From assembly GCA_023645945.1 (NCBI GenBank), contig JALAIB010000056.1:1-38454 (forward strand): a stretch of 38,454 nucleotides of DNA, read 5' to 3'. The notes below the pieces were generated by a model. It saw nothing but the letters and a program-made list of their open reading frames with translations, searched no databases and was not told where the DNA came from. This document shows positions 22,569 to 32,815 of this stretch, one piece after another. Position 1 is the stretch's first letter, and each line of letters opens with the position of its first letter. Position numbers and translations under genes: made by a program. This DNA is from Diploschistes diacapsis (Eukaryota).

Positions 22569-24246
22569 TGCCAAAAGAGTCGAGGAGCAATAGGAAAGTA
22601 ACAGATGGTGATTGTTCGATTCAGACGTAGTAAAACAGCTTCCTTGGGCTTCGATGGTGTGTATAACGGTATCTAACCTTTCGAATCCCAAAGGCCACGA
22701 TGTATCTCTCTGTTCTGTTCCCCGGGGGCTAATAGCAGCTAAGCAGTTAAGCTAGCACGGCTAGCCCCAGCGGGCTTTTCCCGGCTGTCATTTCGGGCAA
22801 TATGCCAAGAATTTAGGCGGGAAAGGACTTGGACTCGAATATATATAACTTATACATATATACAAGAGCATGTATTCTGTATTTCCCAGGATAAGAGTAG
22901 AGACATATTCGGGGAGCTTATTCATGAAACCTATCTTAGTTTATTTACTTTCAGGCCGGCTTTGGAGCCTCTCTTGAAACCCAGTTATAGCTCGTTGTAG
23001 AATGCTTTTGGCGATTACAGTCACGTAAATTTCATGCGTGTTGTCGAGCTCATATCGCGTAGAGACCATTGCGAGACCCCGTAAGGTAAGGTAGAATTCC
23101 CACCATGCAAGTCACATACCTGAATGAAATGCATGCTGTTGGTCAACGTTGTCTCAATACCATCGAGTTCGTCCTTTTTTGTCTTCGAAGGTCTAGGGGC
23201 AAGCTCTTCATCCCTTTCGCTTGCCTGCGCTATCCTTTCTTTCGAGGCTACCGGAAGCCTTCCAGGGGAGCAACCCGCATGATCTGGAAACAGGTGCAGC
23301 TGATCCCATGCAAATGCATGTCAAAGTAGTCGAGGCATATCCCAAGCTCCAAGATCGTTCTTTTAGGAACCGAAGCATTGGGCGCAGGTGCTGCTGCCAA
23401 GGTGGCTTGTTACTTCGGGCAAAGCCGGCAGGATATTGCCATCTAAGAACTCGTTTGGGACATGCCATTCACGCGTCCATACAAGAAATCCTGCTATCCG
23501 TACGGAGGCGTGTCCCAGCGGTGACTACCATATCGATATTGCGAGTCTTGTCTCGTGAAATAAATGGAACAGCAGAACAGGTGTAGCAGTATTTAGTTCG
23601 CCCCATGGAGCAACAAGTATTCCTGACATTACAGTGACATAAAGTCACTTCAGTGCCTCTCCATAAAGGAGTAAAGTGGCTGCTTTTTTAGTTGGAAAGA
23701 GATGGCTAGTATTTCAATTGGAGTGTGAACCCAATACTAGGTAAACTAGAATTGAGCACGCTACTTTCATATCGTAACTTTGCATATTGTTACCCCTAGT
23801 CCAGTTCCCCATCATGTGTCAGTATTCTGACCCTGACATAGCCGGATACTCCTCGAAAAATACAATTCAGGCAGCACGGAACACTGCTCAAACACGGGGG
23901 TCTCATATGGTGTCGCTAACGTCAAGTGTAGAAACCAAGGCGTCTTTAGAAGCCAGGCCTAGGTTCCTAACCGCCGCCGCCGCACCCTTGAAGATGACTG
24001 AAAGTGGCAAGGTAGACAATCAGCATATTGGGGGGGGGGTCTCAAGATGCGGCCACGCCATTTAGTGAAGTTCGACTGATAGCCCAGAACAGCCCAGAAC
24101 ACCCACACGGACGCCTTTCATATACGGGTGGCATTCAAGGTGCTGCTTAGGATTTCCTCCATGCCTGCGACACAGCCCTCGCTTCAGATCGCAGCGTGCA
24201 TGGCTCTGGCCTCTGTTGTTGCCTTGAACCAATATCGCCTTTGTCT

Positions 24247-25673
24247 TCAGGAGACTTGCACGTAGGCTAATATCAAAGTTATTATGAGGGGGTTGAGGAG
24301 GGGCTGTTCCGACAAAGCATTGGCGATGTACAACTTACTTGCATCTATCTGCTGGATCTGAGGCAATCGTAACCTTATTTTATTGCGGTAAGTCACAGCG
24401 TTGTTCGTTTGCAGAGGATTGCCTTCGAAATAGACAGTGTTGAGGTCTTTCATGTCCGCTAGTTCGGTCTCTATTTCGTCAAAGGAGTCAAGCAAATTAG
24501 AGGATGCCCAGAACTCTTCGATGTGGGATAGATGCTTGATGTTGCTCAGTCTTCGTATTCGATTCCGTGAAATATCCATGACTCGCAAGGCTTTGTTTTG
24601 GTCTAAACCAGAAAGCTCGGTTAAGAGGTTGTCCGCGATGTGTAGTTCCTCGAGGGTTTGAAGGGATTCTAAGCCCTTTATCTCGGTCAACCGGTTTGAT
24701 TGAATGGATAATATTCTGAGGTTCGGCAAGGGTGCAAGGTTCTGAAGAGTTTGAGCAATAGCTGGACCTGACGGGTGGTCTCCTTCCGATGACATGCATA
24801 CCTTCAGCTCGGTGATCTTGTTTTGGGCAAGCCATAGTTCCTCTAGGCCTATCAAGCTCTCCAAATTCTCGATCTCCTTATGATAGTTAGTTCTGCGGGT
24901 CGTTGATTGCCGCGAACAGCAGATACCCGAATGCGATTTGCAGCAAGCTCCAGATTGCGTATCCTGTCAAGCCCATCCAATCCTTCAATCCTGGAGATTT
25001 TGTTTTGCACGAAATAGATGTTTTCTAGCTCCCGTAGATGGTTTACGTTTTTGATGTGTTTCAGTTTGTTGAAACTCAGGTCCAGGCTTGTAATATTGAT
25101 CAGATGCTCCAGGCCCTTGAGGTGGGATATGAGATTGTCGTAAAGATCCAGTTCCCTCAGTGTGGAAGCCATGGAGTTTGGCAACTCTATTCGCGAGATT
25201 CGGTTTTGCCGAAGACATAATCTCTGAGCGTACGAAGGGGCATGAGAGACGCTAGCTTCCTCTCCCATGAACTCATTGACTTACCTGGACATGAAGAAAG
25301 CGCTCTAGCTTCAACGCGGGAGTGGAAGATATGCCGCGGTGGACCAGATCTATTTCCTGGAGCAATGGTCAGAGTAACTTCCCACCCAAGGAGTGGTTTC
25401 GGTACGTCTGTTTCTATATCATAGTCATCTAACAGATCTGCACAGAGGACACGTTAATCTAAGGCGCGACTGCCGGTTCTCCGGACATGTCTTACCATCG
25501 TCAGCCGCTATCTGCTCCACGGGCGGTGCATCCTCGTCCGAATGTTCCGGGTCTGTCAAGGCCTCTGGATTCGCTATGACGGCTCTTCTTTCAAGTCTGA
25601 GCTTGCCATCCCAGCCCCTGTCATTCGTAGGCCCAGATGTTTTCCTACTTTGCTGTCCATCTGAAGTAGACAT
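24247..25673 (-). CDS. SDS22: Protein phosphatase 1 regulatory subunit Sds22 (leucine-rich repeats; multi-exon)
   Basis: GWDGKLR...ANPEALTDPEHSDEDAPPVEQIAADD N-terminus; LRRs LCLRQNRI, LDLYDNLI, LDLSFNKL, LELAANRI, LWLAQNKI; LRR cap TVYFEGNPLQ...YRNKIRL.LPQIQQIDA. Confidence 0.95.
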
Positions 25674-26650
25674 CTCAAAACAACTAATAATATTACCCTG
25701 AAGCTTTTATATGAAAAGGTGAAGCCGATAATCAGCGAATCGACCAAGCAATAGGTGAAAGGCAATCGATCAAAAGCATTGATCAGTTGATGTACATTGA
25801 TTCTCCGAAGGCCCCACATTCAATGCTTACTACAAACCTTTTTGGTACAAGTTAACCGTGACAGACGCAGGTAGGCGATACTACCACTTAGCAGTTGTGC
25901 TAACGGGCCTGCATACCACTTTCCCTTCATACACATACTATGATAGCTACTTGGGATGCAATTCGAACTCTGGACGGGTATCATCTCATTAGTAAAAAAT
26001 CTCGCACACTTGAACGCCCTGGCACTCTGCTATCTTTGGTAATTGAGGGATTCTCGATTTTGGCTTTCGTGAACCTAGCAAAACACTTGCAGAGAGCCAA
26101 AGTAAAAGAGTAAATCGATTCTACTAGTCTCTGATCTCTGCCAGGAAGAGCACCGGGCAGCTTCTCTTGCCTAAAAGTACCGCAAGCGCTCAGGGAGCGA
26201 TAGCTCATACTCAAATACAAGACTCACTTCTGCCAACAAGTACCACCTGTCTGAGCTTTCTTTTCTGGAAGCTCAAGGCCTTTCCCTCCGATTAGGCGCT
26301 GAAAGATGCAGTCGCTTTGCTCCAAATATTGTAACTCCTCGCACAATGCCCTTTGGTTGTCGCGTGGCCGAAGTCCGTTGTATTAGCCCCTGTAACAATG
26401 AACGAGCAAGTAAGCGTTACCAATATGTCGATAGGTAGGCAGCAATCCTACTATCACATGGTTTGCCTTTGAAGGCCGACCAAAAAATGCGGAGACTCTT
26501 ACCCAGTTTTCTCGCTATGTACCGCTACTAGGAAGTGAAGTTTGCTGGTGATTACAATGTTCCAACCATAAAGTTTATGTTCAAGTCGAATCGAATTCTT
26601 TTTTAGTGACGGCGTAATGGAGGGAAGCCGTGACGTTTGCTCCTTCGACG

Positions 26651-28365
26651 CTATAGGGCAACATCCAGAACAAGGCTGACATCACGAACCTGAGATCCTG
26701 CAAGATCCTCCAGGACGGGTATGAGATCAAGGAGTTCGTTGTCGTGGGCGTCTGAAAACCAACTGCTTATCGGAACGGCGTGTTGAGGATGGAAGATGTA
26801 GGACGTTGGGGAATTGTCGATAATGATGGTGTCCCGCAGATCTCGACCGACTTGAGAAAGATCCTGCCTTGGTCTTAGCACGGCATTGCGCAACGGCGAC
26901 GGGGAGGAAAAACTAACCTTGACATAGTTGCCCTGATGATTGTAGCAACTTTCGCGAAAGAGTCGGTGATGGACCACTTTGTGTATATCAAGCTGGTCGA
27001 GCAGGGGATCGCCATACTACCAGACGACAAGCTATCAGTAAGAGCCATCAAAGAACGAAGCACATTGGAGTCGAACATACCTTTGACACAGAAGCGGTGA
27101 AAACAACAACTTCGTAGAGTTCCCCAACACGTTTCATGAATTGATCTACGCCCGGCCGCTTGATAACGTACACATTGTGATACTGGCCCTCAATTTCCAC
27201 GGGGATGGTGAAATCAGCTTGGTGTAAGATCTACATCATATTAGCGTTGCAATGTTTTCTGCTGCGGACAGTCGTTGGAAGATACCTTGAAGCTGCTATG
27301 GACTAGAGTCTCGTCAAGATCGAGCACCAGACACTTCCGTCCTTTATGCTCTGACTTGACGGGTGGGAGTAGCCACCTCTGCTGGTCGTTAGGTCCGTTA
27401 GTTTGATTCGCAGCGGGCGTATCGAGTTGCCTCGAAGAGGACTCCTGGCGTTGTGCCACAATGGGTGGAGGTGGTGGAAGCGGAGGTGTTTTATCTGGCT
27501 GAGGTCCTTCGCCCCTGGATTCCTCAGCCGCCACATGCTCAACGGGCGGTGCATCCGTCATCTCAATGTCAGTATCAGCCTTTTCTTGCTGAAGGGTCCG
27601 GTCATTGATAACTTCCTCGCCTTCCGCCGGTATGCTTGGGGGCGCATCGCCTCCCGTACTGTTCGGCTGTTTTGGATCACTCGAGACATTGCTCGATGGC
27701 GGTTGGATAGCTACCACTGCTTCTCCAAGATTCGTACTCCCTCCTTCAGTTTGTTCAACACCTTGGATGGATTGTGCTTCTTGGATCACCGCAGGAGGCG
27801 CAGCGTTCGATTGCTCCTGGATCTTTGGTTCACCAGCAGATTTGAGATCAGCATAGGGAGTTCCCCCAATCCTCTCCACTGAGATATCTTTGGATTCAGC
27901 CGTGCTGGATTCCGCTGCGCTCGCCTCTTGAGCCTTAGCTGGCACTGATTGAGCTGTTTGGACGTGGTTCGATCTTTGTGCCGGAACAGCGTGCTCTTCA
28001 AGATCTATATCGTTGACATGGCGCGAGCCCCCACAGCAGTTCAAAAAGGATAAGAAGTTTGACGCAGACCCTTTCTGCTTCCTCTTCTGCGGCGGTGCAG
28101 ATGTTGAGCCAGTAACCGCACTTGGGCCTGTATTGCTCGATGGTTGTTCTTGGATTCTTGTGGAGTGCCGACTACTGGCAGCGCTACCGTTTTGCTTAGC
28201 TTTATCAGACTCCAATACTGCGGCAGGATGCGACACGCTTTTGGGGGAGCTCGAAGATGCAGCGGTGTGGTTTGGAGTACTTGACACGACGGCAGATCTG
28301 TTCGGTGGGTGTGAATCCAGCTCAGACGCCTCCGATGTTGACGAAGCTGCCTGGGTGGCGCTCAT
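26651..28365 (-). CDS. PSR1: Psr1-like FCP/SCP (NIF-family) HAD phosphatase (4 exons)
   Basis: [83 protein letters not shown], after a long low-complexity N-terminus. Confidence 0.92.
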
Positions 28366-28703
28366 TGGCGAGAGCGGAGGCGACGATGCCTCGGTATCAG
28401 ATCCCTATCCTTTTTTTTCTTTTTCCAGCGTGCTGAGGGTATTCTGTTATGCCAATGGATACTCAAGTGCTAAGGCAGGCGTAGCGACTCCAGTGCGCTG
28501 AGAAGATTGAGGCTGGGCGCCGAAACTGACACCCTCGTGCTCTCTAGTTCGCAACAGGGCGGCTCTGGTAAAGCTAAGAGGCGGATATGTAAAAAGAATT
28601 CAGGAAGGTGGCCTTGGAGGGAGGATGGAAGCATTAGCGGAGGTGATGTTTCCGGGAAGTGCCAAAGCTGCGATGCAGAGTTCAATGAGAAACAGCGTCT
28701 AGT

Positions 28704-28730
28704 TTTCTAGTTTCTAGTTTCTAGTTTCTA
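28704..28730. repeat. Tandem 7-mer (TTTCTAG) x ~4
   Basis: Copies at 28704, 28711, 28718 and a partial copy at 28725. Confidence 0.9.
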
Positions 28731-28850
28731 CAGGAGGTGCGTGCAGAGCAAAGAGCAAGAACGGACGTGTGGTGTGACTGGGGGTAGCACTCTGCGGGCA
28801 GCCAATCAGCGTTTAGAAAATTGTTGAAATAATATCCTAGTACTGTACAA

Positions 28851-28894
28851 ACGTAGTCTAGCGTAGTCTAACGTAGTCTAGCGTAATCTAGCGT
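28851..28894. repeat. Tandem 10-mer (RCGTAGTCTA) x 4.4 with alternating A/G first base
   Basis: acgtagtcta gcgtagtcta acgtagtcta gcgtaatcta gcgt. Confidence 0.9.
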
Positions 28895-28932
28895 TGACGG
28901 TTTTTTTCTCCTGTTTGTTGTAGTTAATTAGC

Positions 28933-28977
28933 CCAAGTACTAGTAGCCAAGTACTAGTAGCCAAGTTACTAGTAGCC
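28933..28977. repeat. Tandem 14-mer (CCAAGTACTAGTAG) x 3
   Basis: Two exact copies and a third with a 1-nt insertion. Confidence 0.9.
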
Positions 28978-29249
28978 GATGAGAGTAACGACCGGCCATC
29001 CAGTACCAAAGTAGGTTCCATGATGATGATGGTATACACAACAAAAAGTGGGAAGCGGAGCATAGCCCGCTATGTTATTCAAATGTATATAATTACGAAG
29101 TAAATGACCCCACATTCATGGTTAATAATTTACATCATATGATGCTTATTCCCTCTTACGAAGCTCACATCAAAATTTGAAGCTTTTCTGTAGTTTGGTA
29201 GGAAATCCAAACGGTGAGAATATTAGTAATCACTCTCAAAGCGGAATAG

Positions 29250-29993
29250 CCCAGAAATGGGACGACGTCCTCGGAGTATAAGATTTCTATATCCAGTCTG
29301 TCTTGGATGATGAGGTCGACTGCAAGCTGGTAATATCTCTCCCTGCCGCACCACATGGACTGCAACGGCGCTTGGCTCGACTAGGGCGCCTGCCTCGTGT
29401 GAGATTTGCACAGAAAGTTTGAAGCAGAAGTGGGCTGGTATGCTGTGGTACTTCGTCAAAGTGCAATCATCCCGGGGCCTGATGCAAAGACCATTTCCGA
29501 GCACAGATTGTATTTGCCCAATCCACAGCGGACGCAATGCCGACACGGGACACCTGGCTCCATAGCCACTCGATTGCCAACACGAAAGGACGTGACTTTG
29601 GATCCTATCGCTGCGAAACGCCTGAAACTTCGTGACCGAGAAGCATCGGCGCTTTCAGCACCAAGGGTTCGATCCTACTATGTTGCCAATAGTGGATCTA
29701 TTCTCGACTGACTAGGGGTCAGCCCAGCGCTCTTCAAGAGTCTGGACCATCCACGAAGTGATGCGAGGAGAAGCTGACTCTGCTAGCCTTCACCTCTGGA
29801 ATTTCTATGATATTGCTCTGAACTCACATCACTACCGCAGATTCCCGTCCATGCTACCTGAACTGGCACGTCCTGGGAATCTTCCAATCCTGGAACCCGT
29901 CGCTCATCGTATCTTACGTTGAGGACGCTTTGGAGCACAAAAGCAGGATATGTCTGCTTTGCTAGTCGTAAGCCAGTTTCCTTTGACCGACAT
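29250..29993 (-). pseudogene. Xylitol/sorbitol dehydrogenase (Zn-dependent MDR) pseudogene with two frameshifts and a large internal deletion
   Basis: Fragments in order: PAFVL...TGICGSD|intron|IHYWQHSRI...APMLLGHEVSG, frameshift ~29616, IGSKVTSFRVGNRVAMEPGVPCRHCVRCGLGKYNLCSEMVFA, frameshift ~29475, TLTKY...FCFKL...GALVEPSAVAVH, then directly YQLAVDLI..RLDI..L. No GxGxxG Rossmann segment. Confidence 0.88.
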
Positions 29994-30390
29994 GATGTTT
30001 CTATCTTGCTACCTGCCCTTCCATGACCTGAACTGTACAACAGTGCAGTGATAATCTTGAGTTCCTTTTGTGTTCTGGGTTGAAAAGCTGACCATGGGCA
30101 ATCATCGGCAAAAGAATACAGTGAGGACTATCGCCTTGGGTGTATCGACCAATGTTTAAGAGCTGCTGTTGTATGCTGTACTCTGGTTGGGCGATGCTAT
30201 AATTATGGCATCACGGCTATTCACTTTCCCTATCATTCAGGGCGCGGTTGGAACAGCTACCCAGTTATGATAATGGCCCGAGCCCCCATGTAGCACTTCT
30301 GGGATTTATCGGTGCAAAAAAATTCGATATTCTAGGTCAAGATGGCGAAGCACCAATTTTTTTTTGCCCCTCAACCAAAATTTCTCTGCA

Positions 30391-31694
30391 CTATGTCACT
30401 TCTATTGCTGTACGCGGTGGTTGACTTCCAGCCTCCTCCTTTGCGGGCTGAGGTAGCGCTGTATTGTTCATGGATGGATCCTCCCTTTCCTCGCAAATGC
30501 GTCTCCAGAGCTCAGGGTACCTAGATAGTCCCATGAGAATTGCTTTGCTGGTATTATCTGGAACTTACCATCTCTGCGCAACGTCTTCGTGGCTCTTGCA
30601 GCGGAACCACAGAGTCGCTTCGCCATGGTTTCGAAAGCGATCTTTCACAAACGTGAATTCTATGTCATCCAACCTTCGACCTCCATTGCGATCTACAAAC
30701 GCCTGTTTCTGTGCCCGGATACTCTCTGGAATCCTTACACTTTCAAAATCGGCGTCGTAGCTGACCCCTTGGAAGAACGGAATGGAATAACGAGAGCCCT
30801 GCCCACGGTCTGGCGCCAGGACACGGTGAGTTGTGCTAGCGCAGACGCCATGGGTAAGTGCCTCGAGTCCCTGGCCGATGGCTACTACCAATGTTCCTTG
30901 CTTGGGGGGGCAATCTATCCATTCGCCGCTGAGGTTTTGGGCTTGTAAGCCTCGGTGGTGAGACGCTTGAAGAAGATATGATGTCAGCATTGAATCTTTG
31001 TGCGGACCTACTCCCTGAACCTCTCGCTCTGCTCCGGTGTCCCTCGAGGATGGTATGTTTAGCTCGTCGATGTCCGGATAGCGTACAATCTTGAGCTTGT
31101 GCTGTTGATCGGAATCGAAATATCGATGGAACGCCGTCGCTGGGAGCCCGAGTGCTTCGGCTATTAGGGAAGTAAAGCGAGTAGAAAGTCTGGACATCTC
31201 GCGTATGTATCTCTCAAAGACAGGTCGAAAGTCTGGGAGCAGCTGACAAGACGGCCATTGATTCGGAGCCCGTAAATTATGATAGAGCGGCGATCCGGGC
31301 TGGGGCATCGGGTGGTTGGTCGAAAGATCAATCTGCTCGCGCCAATCCACCTTCTTGGCCGTGATCTCTCCACCCAGGACGCTGTAACCTATCGCGTTAT
31401 TAGCCGTTGCTTTAGGTTTGTAAGGGGGAGAGGATTGGCGCCCAGCCCATATCTACCAAGAAAGGAATTTTTATTTCTCATTCGCACCGCAAGCTTTGCT
31501 GCCTCGGGAAGGTCGAAGAAACCTTTACCATTCTGAATGACAGCTTCAATCAAGAGCTCGTCAATTCCCATGTTACAGATATACAAAAAGCCCACTTCTA
31601 TCAATGCACGGCGTAGCACGAGCAGGAAGCCCGGCTTTGTCTCGGGGCTCTCTGCTAGTGATAAATCGAGGATTGGAATAGCGTGAAAAGACAT
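30391..31694 (-). CDS. 2-oxoglutarate/Fe(II)-dependent dioxygenase (IPNS-like; 3 exons)
   Basis: IPILDLS...LIEVGFLYI, DWREQIDL, PNQWP, KIVRYP, metal ligands GPHKD and THRV, 2OG-binding RYS. Substrate unknown. Confidence 0.92.
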
Positions 31695-32815
31695 CTTGCA
31701 AATGCGAGGCTGACACGTACGAGAATTGAAACAGCGAAAGAAACAGTCCTAGCACACAAGAAAATTTTGCTTTTCTGTATCGGCAGAATTAACGAAGTAC
31801 TCATATAGGCTTAGAAAAACCCCCGCAATGGCGCCATACTATACCGTAGAATGCTGCTGCTGGCTGGGGGACAAAATCCCAGACTGCGTAGGCCAAGCAG
31901 GCGCTGGCGGGCTTGCCGTTGCTTCATTTTCTATGCTATGCGCTGAGGTAGGAACATGACGAATGCATCTTAGGGTAGAATCTCAAAAGCTGCGTAGTTC
32001 TAGCCTACATGTTGACGTCGACAAGCGCTGATATGTTCCCCAGTTATCTCCAGGTAGGATCGAAATGGGTCGCCTTCCAACAATCGCCGCAGGAAAAGCA
32101 GAATACCCGCTTCCATATGCGGAAGATAATGCAGCGAGTTTTCGGTTTCAGAAAGAGGATCTTCAGGTACTATCACCCAATATAGCTTTCTATGTACATC
32201 CGCAACCAAAGCCGACTACGTTGGTGCCATCGACGGTGTCAAGCGATCTGCACTGGCTTCCTGTACACACGACAGTGGGATACGATCAGGGTATACGGAC
32301 AATCTCCTGGACATCCGAGCCTCATGCCCTATTCCGAAGGCTTACCGATAGCTCTATGAAACTATCACCTGATGGATCTGATGGCGCCAAACGACAGTTG
32401 TGGTGATGCCCATATGCTGGGATGGCGGTAAAGGTCGCTTTCAATAAGCGACGCACTGGCGGAGCTCCGTTCTTGTAGCCTTGGTTTCGAAACCCATGCC
32501 AACAGTGCTGTTGAGCTGTATTGTATTATCTTCGGTTATATAGGACTTGAGATCCAAGTCTCATATCCAATATTAAAGCGCAGATACGCCCAACAAGCGC
32601 CAGGCCGGGGGAGTTGCTTCATTCAACTCAATGAGGTAAACCTTGATAAATCCCAAAATACACAAAGGCTCTCTCAAAGCTCTTGAGAGCCGTCAATCGT
32701 GGATTAGGCGATTGAAAGAGCGCCATGAGGATAGAAAAGGGAAGCTGGGGGTTTCTGTGATAGTTCTTCCATCCCATAATGGAAGGGATAGTGGACTTGT
32801 TCATCTTACCTATTT

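Noticed and set aside
28704..28977. CRISPR-like array
   Set aside because: The repeats are head-to-tail with no spacers, the context is eukaryotic, and there are no cas genes.
32000..32406. 113-aa (+) and 69-aa (-) ORFs between the oxygenase and the kinase
   Set aside because: No recognisable domain or convincing splice structure; cannot be supported without expression data.
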